DNA from: Candidatus Oxydemutatoraceae bacterium
GTDB taxonomy: Bacteria > Pseudomonadota > Gammaproteobacteria > Poriferisulfidales > Oxydemutatoraceae
NCBI GenBank assembly: GCA_965219575.1
Contig: OZ244779.1
Location: forward strand, 844,769 to 908,768
DNA: 64,000 nt
Direction of reading: 5' to 3'
This document shows positions 30,859-40,508 of this stretch, in pieces; position 1 is the first letter of the stretch, and every line of letters begins with the position of its first letter. The position numbers and the translations under genes were made by a program. Under the pieces are notes generated by a model. It made no database searches. It was not told the origin of the DNA and was given only the letters and a program-made list of their open reading frames with translations.

Positions 30859-31998
30859 ATGCAGCAATTCAGCGAGCGCGACCGACACTACATGTCCAAG
30901 GCATTGGCTTTGGCGGAACTCGGACGTTACACGGTCGGTGTCAATCCCATGGTTGCTTGCATCATTGTGCGAGACGATAAGGTTATCGCCGAGGCCTATC
31001 ATCGTCGCACCGGTGAAGCGCACGCCGAACCTTTGGCACTTGCGCAAGCGGGAGAGAATACCAGAGATGCTACGGTCTATGTGACTCTGGAGCCCTGTGT
31101 ACATCGAGGGCGTACTCCGCCGTGCGTGCCGGCACTGATAGAGGCAAAAGTCAAACGCGTTGTAATCGCAATGCAAGACCCCAATCCTCGAGTGCACGGG
31201 CAGGGCATCTCCGAATTAAAAGCTGCCGGCATACAAGTTGAATGTGGTTTATTTTCCGACCGAGCGCGAGGATTGAATCGCGGTTTTGTATCGCGTATCG
31301 AGCGGGGACGACCTTGGGTGCGTCTTAAATCGGCAATCAGCCTAGACGGACATATTGCATTGGGTTCCGGTAAAAGTGCATGGATTAGCAGCGAGGAAGC
31401 AAGACGCGATGTGCAATTCTGGCGCGCCCGAAGCAGTGCGCTACTGACCAGCAGTCGTACGGTACAGGTCGATGATCCGCAGTTGAACGTGCGTATTTCT
31501 GCCGAAGATCTAGGTATACAAGGCACTGTCAGACAACCGCTGCGCATCGTATTGGATAGTCGGTTGCTCACTTCGCCCGAAGCGAAGATCTATAATTCCG
31601 ATGCCGAAACCGTTGTTGTTTGTTGCGAGAGTATTGCCACCGAAGCGCAGCAAAGTGAATTTGAGCGATGTGGTATCAAGGTATTATCGATGCCGACCAC
31701 AAAACCCCGTATCCCCTTATTGGAGCTACTGGAAACCTCGGCCGACCGATACGAGCTCAACGAAATACAAGTGGAGGCCGGTGGCGTATTATTCGGTGCT
31801 ATCGTAGAAGCCGGTTTATGCGACGAATTATTGTTGTATATAGCACCCTGCTTGTTGGGCGCAGAGAGTAAAAAGCTGGCGGAGTTTGACGACATTATAC
31901 AAACGATGGAAGAGCGTATTAATTTTAGTTATAAAGAAGTGATGAATATCGGCAAAGATATTCGCGTATTGTTGGAACCGTGTCGACGATTGTCGTAG
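30859..31998 (+). CDS. ribD: Riboflavin biosynthesis bifunctional deaminase/reductase
   Basis: HAE, VTLEPCVHRGRTPPC, KSAISLDG, VEAGG. Confidence 0.95.
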   Translation: MQQFSERDRHYMSKALALAELGRYTVGVNPMVACIIVRDDKVIAEAYHRRTGEAHAEPLALAQAGENTRDATVYVTLEPCVHRGRTPPCVPALIEAKVKRVVIAMQDPNPRVHGQGISELKAAGIQVECGLFSDRARGLNRGFVSRIERGRPWVRLKSAISLDGHIALGSGKSAWISSEEARRDVQFWRARSSALLTSSRTVQVDDPQLNVRISAEDLGIQGTVRQPLRIVLDSRLLTSPEAKIYNSDAETVVVCCESIATEAQQSEFERCGIKVLSMPTTKPRIPLLELLETSADRYELNEIQVEAGGVLFGAIVEAGLCDELLLYIAPCLLGAESKKLAEFDDIIQTMEERINFSYKEVMNIGKDIRVLLEPCRRLS

Positions 31999-32576
31999 TG
32001 CGCAAGCACGACCGGGCGTGTATCGCTGCCGACACATTGGCTACGATGGGTGATCTTAAGCAAAGCAGTACTTATGATTTGGCACATGAAAAAATTTTGT
32101 GTTATCAATCAAACTATATAGGCATCACCGGTAGCAGTGCGCACGATGTGGTACTCAGAAGCCTGCTCGCGGAAGACAATGCCCGATACGATTTCGGTTC
32201 GCGGATGGCTATTTTTGAATCCTTTCGTACGATACACGAGATATTAAAAGAACGTTATTATCTGAACACCAAAGAAGAGGGCGACGGAGAACTACAAGCA
32301 CCGTACGAATCCAGCCGTATCGATGCGTTGATTGCAAACCCTTACGGCATATTCGGCGTATTTGCGCTTAGAGAAGTCTGCGTTTATTCAAAATACTGGG
32401 CTATAGGTTCCGGTGCCGAGATTGCACTCGGTGCCATGTATGCCTGTTATGACGAACAGCCAGATGTAAAGACTATTGCGCGCATTGCCATCGAAGCAAG
32501 TGCCGAATTCAATACTGCCACCGCTTTGCCGATAACAAGCTACACACTACCTCTAGAGACTGTTAGAGCAGAATAG
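31980..32576 (+). CDS. Proteasome-type Ntn hydrolase (HslV / betaproteobacterial proteasome homolog BPH-like)
   Basis: N-terminal STIVVVRK...IAADT; WAIGSG..ALGAM motif of the proteasome beta-subunit fold. Confidence 0.75.
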   Translation: MSTIVVVRKHDRACIAADTLATMGDLKQSSTYDLAHEKILCYQSNYIGITGSSAHDVVLRSLLAEDNARYDFGSRMAIFESFRTIHEILKERYYLNTKEEGDGELQAPYESSRIDALIANPYGIFGVFALREVCVYSKYWAIGSGAEIALGAMYACYDEQPDVKTIARIAIEASAEFNTATALPITSYTLPLETVRAE

Positions 32577-32693
32577 AACTGCCGATTAATCTTGTAGGGG
32601 CAGAATAGAGCCGCCGATTGAGCCAGTAGGTCAATCGGCAATATAAAGCCGCCGATTGAGCCAGTAGGTCAATCGGCAATTATGATTCTGCCC
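32568..32693. repeat. REP with tandem 38-bp hairpin units in its loop, overlapping the upstream gene's stop
   Basis: GTAGGGGCAGAAT-[GCCGCCGATTGAGCCAGTAGGTCAATCGGCAAT]x2-ATTCTGCCC, preceded by a degenerate half unit starting GCAGAATAG. Confidence 0.88.
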
Positions 32694-32830
32694 GAAAGGG
32701 TCGCAGGCTTCGCTTGACGAAGTGGTCTTCAAATGCATCGTATTCGCACAATCAAAACACTCATCCACTAAATTTACGGTCTCCTATAGAAGTGGTTTAA
32801 GAATATTTTTTACCACTAGATTGTTGACTG

Positions 32831-33061
32831 CTATAGATATTTAATTACAGCAATAACAAACATAGAATTAAGCACTATGAAACCATACAACCATCGCGTT
32901 TGTACTGTCATTTTATCGGTTAGCCTAACCTCTAGATTTGCTAAGTCCGCCTTCGTTGCAACAGTTTTTGAACTTGCAACATCGGCTACCGCTTCCTTTG
33001 CTTCGTCGTCGGACAACTCGGGAATTTTTCTTAATGCGTTGTATAAAGATATTTCAGACAT
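32831..33061 (-). CDS. Small DUF1640/CCDC90-like coiled-coil membrane-anchored protein
   Basis: VATKADLANLE motif, C-terminal TM helix, AGGAG RBS upstream. Confidence 0.8.
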   Translation of the reverse strand: MSEISLYNALRKIPELSDDEAKEAVADVASSKTVATKADLANLEVRLTDKMTVQTRWLYGFIVLNSMFVIAVIKYL

Positions 33062-33334
33062 AGTTATATCTCCTCATTAATCGGTAAATAAAGTACTCGC
33101 CGGCACAGTCAAGCGAATGTTTAGTGCTTCTCTACCATGCGCCGACTAGTATCTATATTATATCCATTTAATTTATGGAAACCATAATCAAATGGCACAT
33201 TGTCTATCTAAGGTTGAAATACCGAGTGGTGGTTATGCCGTTCGTCGGAAAGATAGGTCGGTTTATCGGAATGCCGAAAATTAGGGTTTTGAGGGTTGTA
33301 AAATGGCAATTTTCATATAATATACGGAGGTAAA

Positions 33335-33850
33335 TTGATTATGGTTCATAAGGCGATTATACATAAAACACTGGCAAAAATTCCCGGCGTAAGTAAAGAG
33401 GAAGCACATATGACAACAGATAGTTTGGTTCATGCCAACGATATAACCATCAAGGAAGCCATCAAAGATATGGAATTGAGAATGGCAACCAAAGATGATA
33501 TCAAGAATATGGCAACCAAAGATGATATCAAGGACATGGCGACCAAAGCCGATATCAAGGACATGGCGACCAAAGCCGATATCAAAGATATAGAATTGAG
33601 AATGGCAACTAAGGATGATATCAGAGATATAGAATTGCGTATGGCAACCAAGGACGATATCAAGGATATGGCAACCAAAGCCGATATCAAGGATATAGAA
33701 TCGCGCATGGCTACAAAAAGGGATATCGATGGCCTTAGAGTAGAAATTGCAGAACTAGAAACCCGAATGATGAGACAGCAAATAATTCATACAGGGACTG
33801 TCATCGCCTCGATTAGTTTCATAATGTTGCTGATGGAATTCTTTACATAG
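33335..33850 (+). CDS. DUF1640/CCDC90-like protein with eight tandem MATKxDI repeats and a C-terminal TM anchor
   Basis: 9- and 13-residue repeat units (27/39 bp); GGAGG upstream; likely start ATG 33341. Confidence 0.85.
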   Translation: MIMVHKAIIHKTLAKIPGVSKEEAHMTTDSLVHANDITIKEAIKDMELRMATKDDIKNMATKDDIKDMATKADIKDMATKADIKDIELRMATKDDIRDIELRMATKDDIKDMATKADIKDIESRMATKRDIDGLRVEIAELETRMMRQQIIHTGTVIASISFIMLLMEFFT

Positions 33851-33930
33851 ACTCTAATCTCGTCCAAGTGATAAATTCCTGCCACATCAAGAAAATGTAT
33901 ATTTCTATACTTATGGGTTATAATGCCCTC

Positions 33931-34017
33931 ATGAATTATTTAATCATAAATCCTAACAACCGATACGGGCAACATAAGGCATTGTTGCGATGCCTACTTC
34001 CGCGATTGCCGCACTGA
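33931..34017 (+). promoter_or_regulatory. Candidate leuA leader peptide (28 aa)
   Basis: MNYLIINPNNRYGQHKALLRCLLPRLPH; five Leu in the last 11 codons; TATAAT at 33919-33924 just upstream; no clear terminator seen. Confidence 0.35.
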
Positions 34018-34093
34018 CGCGGCAGAACAATAGCTGGCGAGCTTAGAGACGCACAATCACTTTACATTCTAATTTTTAATAACGGAGAGACTT

Positions 34094-35641
34094 ATGTCGG
34101 CTAAAGACAAGCTAATTATATTTGATACCACTTTAAGAGACGGTGAACAAAGCCCGGGCGCATCTATGACCCGAGATGAAAAGTTAAGGATTGCAAAAGC
34201 CCTCGAGAAGTTGCGAGTAGATGTTATAGAAGCGGGCTTCCCGATTGCCAGCCCGGGAGACTTTGAAGCGGTGCAAGAAATTGCCCGAACGATCAAGCAT
34301 AGCAAGGTTTGTGGGCTTGCGCGTGCACTGGAGAAAGACATAAAAAAGGCTGCCGAAGCATTGAAAGGTGCCGCCTCCGGGCGCATACACACCTTCATCG
34401 CATCGTCGCCCATACATATAAAAAACAAGTTACGTATGACACCCGAGCAGGTGTTGGAGCGGGCGGTAGCGGCTGTTCGGCTTGCACGGCAATACACCGA
34501 CGATGTGGAGTTTTCTCCGGAGGATGCCGGGCGTTCCGAAATCGATTTTTTATGTCGTCTGGTCGAAAGCACGATTGCGGCAGGTGCCAAAACCATCAAT
34601 ATCCCGGACACGGTAGGCTACAGCATGCCCGAGCAATTCGGCAATCTAATCGGCACCCTATTGGATAAAGTGCCGAATGCCGACAAAGCGGTTTTTTCAA
34701 CCCATTGCCATAACGACTTGGGTTTGGCGGTTGCGAATTCGCTGAGCGCGGTCAGACAAGGTGCAAGGCAAGTGGAATGTACCATCAACGGTTTGGGCGA
34801 GCGCGCCGGCAATGCAGCACTCGAGGAGGTTGTGATGACAGTCCATACTCGTTCCGATATATTCGATTGCACGACGAATATAGATACGCATCAAATCGTG
34901 CCGATATCACGACTGGTTGCCGGCATCACCGGTTTTCCGGTGCAGCCCAATAAAGCGATCGTCGGTGCAAACGCCTTCGCACACGAGTCGGGCATACACC
35001 AAGACGGTGTGCTCAAGTATAGAGAGACCTACGAAATCATGCGCTCCGAAGATGTGGGTTGGAGTTCCAACCGTATCGTATTGGGCAAACATTCCGGACG
35101 CAATGCATTCAGGACGCGTTTGCAGGAATTGGGTGTTACATTTTCCAATACCGATGATTTGAACGATGCGTTTGAACGTTTCAAATTATTGGCGGATAAA
35201 AAGGAAGAGATTTACGACGAGGACCTGCAAGCGTTGGTATCCGATAGTGCGTCGGTAAATGCAGAGGAGTACTACCGTTTGAATTGGCTCAATGTCACTT
35301 CGGAAAGCGGCACGCAGCCTTGTGCGAAGATCACTCTAAGCATGGAAGATGCCGAACACCGAGCCGAAGCGCAAGGCAGCGGTCCGGTTGATGCCGCATT
35401 CAAAGCGATAGAGTCCGTAGTTGAAAGTGGCAGTGAGTTGCTGTTATATTCGGTGAATAATATCACCACCGGTACCGACTCTCAGGGTGAAGTTACAGTG
35501 CGTTTGTCCAAAGGCGGGCGTGTAGTCAACGGCCTCGGTATCGATACCGACATCGTCGTTGCGTCGGCTAAAGCCTATGTGAATGCGCTGAATAAATTAT
35601 CCGTCGGCGGCAAGGCGCATCCTCAACTCGGGCATATCTGA
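34094..35641 (+). CDS. leuA: 2-isopropylmalate synthase
   Basis: [39 protein letters not shown]-terminal regulatory domain. Confidence 0.98.
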   Translation: MSAKDKLIIFDTTLRDGEQSPGASMTRDEKLRIAKALEKLRVDVIEAGFPIASPGDFEAVQEIARTIKHSKVCGLARALEKDIKKAAEALKGAASGRIHTFIASSPIHIKNKLRMTPEQVLERAVAAVRLARQYTDDVEFSPEDAGRSEIDFLCRLVESTIAAGAKTINIPDTVGYSMPEQFGNLIGTLLDKVPNADKAVFSTHCHNDLGLAVANSLSAVRQGARQVECTINGLGERAGNAALEEVVMTVHTRSDIFDCTTNIDTHQIVPISRLVAGITGFPVQPNKAIVGANAFAHESGIHQDGVLKYRETYEIMRSEDVGWSSNRIVLGKHSGRNAFRTRLQELGVTFSNTDDLNDAFERFKLLADKKEEIYDEDLQALVSDSASVNAEEYYRLNWLNVTSESGTQPCAKITLSMEDAEHRAEAQGSGPVDAAFKAIESVVESGSELLLYSVNNITTGTDSQGEVTVRLSKGGRVVNGLGIDTDIVVASAKAYVNALNKLSVGGKAHPQLGHI

Positions 35642-35646
35642 AGCGA

Positions 35647-36393
35647 ATGCCGGTAAAAAAGTCACTTTATCTGCAACACATGGGTATAGAACCTTATATA
35701 CTTCGTTCGTCCGTACCAGTTGCGGAACAAGTTATGCTGCCGGCCGAAGACCAAACCGAAGTGCCGCTGCAAGCGACTCCCGATATCGGTCAACCCGTTG
35801 CTCAACTGTCCCGACCGGACAATCGGCTTACAGCACCGCAATGGCAGAGTCTGGAGCTAGAAGTTGTGAACTGCAAAAAGTGCATTTTACATCAAACCCG
35901 CACGCAAACCGTATTCGGTGTAGGTGACAAAAACGCTCGGTGGATGTTTATCGGTGAGGCACCGGGATTCGAAGAAGATAGAAAAGGCGAACCGTTCGTC
36001 GGTCGTGCCGGACAGTTATTGACCAGAATGCTCAAAGCGATCGGTTTTGAGCGGCACGAGGTTTATATCGCCAATGTCATTAAGTGCAGACCGCCCGATA
36101 ATCGCAACCCGCGCCTCGAGGAGATAGTGCAATGCCTCTTCTATTTGTATAGTCAAATTCAACTAGTGCAACCCGAGATTATCGTCTTATTAGGCGGGGT
36201 TGCGGCAAACGCTTTATTAAAAGAGCAAACACCGGTGTCGCGCTTGCGCGGCCGGATACACCGTATAGAAAATACCCGAGCTCCGGTTATCGTGACCTAC
36301 CACCCCGCTTATTTGCTTAGGTCTCCGAACCAAAAAGCGGCAGCGTGGGAAGATTTACAGTTTGCCTGCAAAACAATAGGGCGGGAGTTATAA
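35647..36393 (+). CDS. Uracil-DNA glycosylase family 4
   Basis: [34 protein letters not shown]. Confidence 0.93.
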   Translation: MPVKKSLYLQHMGIEPYILRSSVPVAEQVMLPAEDQTEVPLQATPDIGQPVAQLSRPDNRLTAPQWQSLELEVVNCKKCILHQTRTQTVFGVGDKNARWMFIGEAPGFEEDRKGEPFVGRAGQLLTRMLKAIGFERHEVYIANVIKCRPPDNRNPRLEEIVQCLFYLYSQIQLVQPEIIVLLGGVAANALLKEQTPVSRLRGRIHRIENTRAPVIVTYHPAYLLRSPNQKAAAWEDLQFACKTIGREL

Positions 36394-36394
36394 A

Positions 36395-36925
36395 ATGAGC
36401 GCACTGGTCAAAGAGGCTCTACCGGAGGCGTACGCTACCGATACCTTAAATAAAAAAGGTGAGCATAATCATCTCGGGGCGACTAAAGTTTTTCTGTCTA
36501 GAATGACCGATGCGGATATTGCGAAGGTGCATGCCTTGGAAAGCCGCTCGTATTCGTTCCCGTGGTCGCAACTGATATTTTCGGACTGTATCAATTCCCG
36601 ATACGAGTGCTGGGTAATGAAGAGATCGGACAAAGTGATTGCATACGGCATCATGGCAATCGGTATAGACGAGAGTCATTTATTGAATCTCTGCGTAGAT
36701 TCCGACTTTAGAAGACAAGGCTATGCCTGCTATATGGTTAGGTTTTTATCCGATATTTCTATAGTGCGAAATGCCAAGCGTATGTTGCTCGAGGTCAGGG
36801 CAAGCAATCATAAAGCATTCAACCTTTATCGTAAATTAGGTTTTCAACAAATCGGTTTACGAAACAACTATTATCCTGCCGAGACCGATAGGGAAGACGC
36901 GCGAGTGCTTGCTAAATTACTTTAA
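36395..36925 (+). CDS. rimI: Ribosomal protein S18 alanine N-acetyltransferase
   Basis: FPWS, ESHLLNLCV, LEVRASN, RNNYY, REDA. Confidence 0.92.
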   Translation: MSALVKEALPEAYATDTLNKKGEHNHLGATKVFLSRMTDADIAKVHALESRSYSFPWSQLIFSDCINSRYECWVMKRSDKVIAYGIMAIGIDESHLLNLCVDSDFRRQGYACYMVRFLSDISIVRNAKRMLLEVRASNHKAFNLYRKLGFQQIGLRNNYYPAETDREDARVLAKLL

Positions 36926-36932
36926 GCAAACC

Positions 36933-38318
36933 ATGCGATATGTGCCGTTTTTTTTGGAACTGAGAGGGAAGCGGGGTTTAGTGGTCGGCGGCGGTGAAAT
37001 CGCAACGCGTAAGGCGCGCCGATTGCTCGACGGTGGCATGAAACTTAAAATAGTTGCCCCTGAAATTTCCGAGCCGATGCGAGAATTAGGAGCGCAGTCA
37101 TCGTGTGTGATAGAGAAGCGCCCCTTTGAAGATGACGATGTCAAAGGCGCATACATAGTCGTCTCGGCAACCGACCGCAGAACGGTCAATCATCGCGTCT
37201 CCGAACTGGCTAAGGCACAAGGTAGTTTAGTCAATATCGCCGACGATGCCGACGAGGCAAATCTGTTATTTCCGTCTTTGGTAGACCGTAGTCCTCTACA
37301 AATCGCAATTTCGGCAGGCGGTGCTTCACCGTCGTTGTCGCGCCTACTACGATCTTATTTAGAAGGTTTCATACCCTCGGGTTATGCCGAACTTGCCGAG
37401 TTGTTGGAACGATACCGAGGCCGAGTCAAAGAGAAATATCGAACACCGGCTCGGCGTCGTTCTTTTTGGGATGTTGTTTTGAGAGGTCGGGTTGCCGATG
37501 CGATTTTTGCCGGACGATACGAAGAAGCCGAAGCGAGCTTGCTTGCATTGCTGAACGACGAACAAAAAATCGAGGAGTACACGGGAGAGATTTATCTGGT
37601 CGGTGCCGGCCCCGGCGACCCCGATTTATTGACGATAAAAGCCTTGCGTTTGATGCAGCAAGCCGATGTGGTTGTCTACGACCGATTGGTTTCGGACAGC
37701 ATACATCGATTGTTAAAACCCGGCATCGAGAAAATCTATGCCGGCAAGCAACCTTCGCAACATGCAATGTCGCAAGAAGAAATTAATCGCTTATTGGTTA
37801 AATTGGCAAAACAAGGGAAAAAAGTGTTACGTCTAAAAGGCGGCGATCCCTTCATCTTCGGTAGAGGTGGTGAAGAGATAGAAACTCTATTCGAAGAGGG
37901 TATTCCGTTTCAAATCGTTCCCGGCATCACTGCGGCACTAGGTTGCGCCGCCTACAGCGGCATTCCTCTGACCCACAGAGACTACGCTCAGTCGTGTGTC
38001 TTTGTGACCGGACACCGCCGAGACGGAACCGTTAATCTAAACTGGGATTTCTTGACACAAGAAAATCAAACCTTGATTTTCTACATGGGTTTGCTCGGAT
38101 TGGAACACATCTGCGCATCGCTAATCGAACATGGCATGCCGCCCGAAACTCCCATCGCATTGATAATGCACGGCACTTTGACGGACCAAAAAGTTATAGT
38201 CTCCGACCTGAGAAACATCATAACAAAAGTGCGTGGTGAAGAAATCAAACCACCCACCTTGGTTATCGTCGGCAAAGTCGTAGAACTGTATAACAAACTG
38301 CAGTGGTATCGATTATAG
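36933..38318 (+). CDS. cysG: Siroheme synthase
   Basis: VVGGGEIA dehydrogenase domain; LVGAGPGDPDLLT and RLKGGDPFIFGRGGEE methyltransferase domain; ATG 36933 preferred over TTG 36909. Confidence 0.96.
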   Translation: MRYVPFFLELRGKRGLVVGGGEIATRKARRLLDGGMKLKIVAPEISEPMRELGAQSSCVIEKRPFEDDDVKGAYIVVSATDRRTVNHRVSELAKAQGSLVNIADDADEANLLFPSLVDRSPLQIAISAGGASPSLSRLLRSYLEGFIPSGYAELAELLERYRGRVKEKYRTPARRRSFWDVVLRGRVADAIFAGRYEEAEASLLALLNDEQKIEEYTGEIYLVGAGPGDPDLLTIKALRLMQQADVVVYDRLVSDSIHRLLKPGIEKIYAGKQPSQHAMSQEEINRLLVKLAKQGKKVLRLKGGDPFIFGRGGEEIETLFEEGIPFQIVPGITAALGCAAYSGIPLTHRDYAQSCVFVTGHRRDGTVNLNWDFLTQENQTLIFYMGLLGLEHICASLIEHGMPPETPIALIMHGTLTDQKVIVSDLRNIITKVRGEEIKPPTLVIVGKVVELYNKLQWYRL

Positions 38319-38327
38319 TTTGGTATA

Positions 38328-38909
38328 ATGGCCTTAGGAGGAACAATCATGAATATTTCTTATTTAATCAAAATCCCGGTTCTGTGTTTGTGCGTAGCGG
38401 TTATTTTTGTCGGCACGATGCCGCCTTCCCTATCAATCTCGCCGTTCAACCAACCCGATGTATTGCCGCAATTCCATACTCAAGCGACGGAAGATTGGAT
38501 TAATTCTTCTCCGTTGCGAGTAGAGGACTTAAGAGGAAAAGTCGTATTGGTTGATTTTTGGACTTACGGTTGCTGGAATTGTTATCGTTCTTTTCCGTGG
38601 TTAAATGCTATGGAGGCTCGCTTGAAGGATGAAGATTTTATCGTAATCGGTGTTCACACACCGGAGTTCGATCACGAACGAGACCGACGCAAGGTGGCGG
38701 AGAAAGTCGAGGAATTCGATCTGCACCACCCCGTTGTTATAGATAACGATAGTCTTTACTGGCGGGCTATGCGTAATCGCTATTGGCCGGCATTTTATGT
38801 GGTAGATAAGCGAGGGCGCATACGGCATCGGTTTGTCGGCGAAACGCACGAAGGTACCCGGCGTGCTACGACCATAGAAAAAGCAATAGTTAAACTGCTG
38901 GCAGAATAG
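38328..38909 (+). CDS. Redoxin / DipZ-like thioredoxin-fold protein
   Basis: DFWTYGCWNC, IGVHTPEF, NRYWPA; N-terminal hydrophobic segment. Confidence 0.88.
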   Translation: MALGGTIMNISYLIKIPVLCLCVAVIFVGTMPPSLSISPFNQPDVLPQFHTQATEDWINSSPLRVEDLRGKVVLVDFWTYGCWNCYRSFPWLNAMEARLKDEDFIVIGVHTPEFDHERDRRKVAEKVEEFDLHHPVVIDNDSLYWRAMRNRYWPAFYVVDKRGRIRHRFVGETHEGTRRATTIEKAIVKLLAE

Positions 38910-39008
38910 AACCACCGATTGAGCCGGTAGGTCAATCGGTGTGACATTGTGCAGAACCGGGGGGCTGTTGAAAAAGTATTTCATACAATGTAGGGGCGGA
39001 CTTGCATG
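38901..39008. repeat. Hairpin unit + TIR + left arm of the REP interrupted by IS110
   Basis: GCAGAATAGAACCACCGATTGAGCCGGTAGGTCAATCGGT; GGGGCTGTTGAAAAAGT; GTAGGGGCGGACTTGCATG. Confidence 0.85.
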
Positions 39009-39083
39009 ATGCCTTATTAAAAATCAAGTCGTTTTATTCATTTTTTATCTCCTTTTGCGAGTATTGATTTAGGACACAGATGC

Positions 39084-40058
39084 TCAACAATAATTCGTGT
39101 CAAACGGTTGCTTGTGCGTGGTGACCCCGTAAATAATACGCGTGAGCTTATGCGCGCAAGCAACAATAATCTGCTTTTTAGTTAACTCCGGACGGCGGCG
39201 ACTTAATTGGTCGGCAAATGCACGGATGGTTGGGTTATGAACCCGTGCCGAGAGTGCTGCCATAAATAGGAGGGTGCGCAGGTCGGCATTGCCCTGTTTA
39301 GAGATGGGCGTGGGCGATGCGCAGTTGCCGGATTGCTTGTGCTTGGGCGTGATGCCGATATAGGCGGCGAGTTGCTTTGGATGGCGAAACGTATTATCAT
39401 CCAGTACTGCACACAGGGCAGCCGCAGTTTGAGTTCCGATTCCAGGAATGGAACACAGCAACTGGTGAAGCTGTGTGAGGTGCTCGTCTTGAGCGATGAT
39501 TTTGTCCATTGAGGCATTAATCTTATCGATCTGCTTCTCATGGTTCTTCAGGCTAGTGGCTGCCACCTTTTTTTGCTTCGCATCGCGCAGAGTTTTAGCG
39601 CAATTGCTTAACATCGTATGACACTTGACTAATTCCCTACGCCATTTCAGTGCGTCGCGCAAGGCTTGCACAGCCGGTGAGGGCTTTTGCCAATTGTTTT
39701 CAGGCGGGATAGCAAATACGAAGCGTGCGATGATACGCGCATCCACGCGATCGGTTTTACTGCGTATGCCGAGCGAGTCGCGGAATCTAGAGATCAGCAC
39801 CGGTACTGCAACGGTGATTGGATGCCCGGCATCATAGCCGGCCATGCACAGGTCTAGTTCAAGACCGCCGGTCGCCTCAACGCAGATGCGACACTGCTGT
39901 GCGCAGTGTTTGCTCGCCCAAGCTAACAACTGCTTGATGCCTTGGGCATCACTACTAAATTGTTGTTCGGCAAAACTATTATCGGTGAATAGTATAGCCG
40001 CCTCTAAAGTGTCTTTAGAGACATCAACGCCAATCGTGACGGGTTGTTTGTTTTCCAT
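39084..40058 (-). CDS. IS110 family transposase (bridge recombinase)
   Basis: DEDD residues in IGVDVSK, VEATG, KTDRVDA; SIPGIG; GITPKHKQSG with catalytic Ser; SKQGNADLR. Confidence 0.96.
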   Translation of the reverse strand: MENKQPVTIGVDVSKDTLEAAILFTDNSFAEQQFSSDAQGIKQLLAWASKHCAQQCRICVEATGGLELDLCMAGYDAGHPITVAVPVLISRFRDSLGIRSKTDRVDARIIARFVFAIPPENNWQKPSPAVQALRDALKWRRELVKCHTMLSNCAKTLRDAKQKKVAATSLKNHEKQIDKINASMDKIIAQDEHLTQLHQLLCSIPGIGTQTAAALCAVLDDNTFRHPKQLAAYIGITPKHKQSGNCASPTPISKQGNADLRTLLFMAALSARVHNPTIRAFADQLSRRRPELTKKQIIVACAHKLTRIIYGVTTHKQPFDTNYC

Positions 40059-40119
40059 AATAAATTACTCCATAAGGGTTGGTTAATGAATGAAATACTA
40101 GGTATCAAACACAGTTTAG

Positions 40120-40300
40120 GAAAGTATGACTACGCCGCCCAAACAGATGAATACGAGATCTAAAGTCCCAAGCTGCCTTTCGAGCTCTATAGTCATAACG
40201 CCGGAGGAGTGCTTCTCATGCAAACAGGCTTTTAATGCCTCGTCCGTCCTACAGCGTGTCTCCTCCGACTTCCTAGGTACTGCATCTACCTAAGCGTTTA
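40120..40300 (-). ncRNA. Bridge RNA of the IS110 element
   Basis: 5' hairpin (40274-40292), stem CGGAGGAG/CTCCTCCG (40202-40267) and stem TATGACTA/TAGTCATA (40125-40197); loop segments match the target and donor sequences. Confidence 0.82.
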
Positions 40301-40333
40301 TCTTATATTAAATAAGCCAGGGTTTAATATATC

Positions 40334-40432
40334 TGTCCGCCCGTAACGCGTTATGCATGGACGATTTATACATTCATTCATCCAATTCATGAAAACCAAC
40401 CCAACCGCCCTGCGCCATTTGATTTTGGTTTC
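40334..40432. repeat. Right arm of the interrupted REP and continuation of the composite repeat
   Basis: TGTCCGCCCGTAACGCG..ACGATTTATACATTCATTCATCCAATTCATGAAAACC, matching 2250-2305 and the reverse complement of ~24383-24440. Confidence 0.82.
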
Positions 40433-40508
40433 TAGAGTATTTAATCGGATTAATACATCGTTAGGCTATGTATAATAATCGTGTTTAGAATGCCCGATAC
40501 CGTAAACC

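Larger units (their letters stand above)
39007..40335 (-). mobile_element. IS110-family insertion sequence inserted in a REP loop
   Basis: TG (CA on the element strand) at both junctions; removing the element restores GTAGGGGCGGACTTGCATGTCCGCCC, one base different from the intact REP at 24309. Confidence 0.92.
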
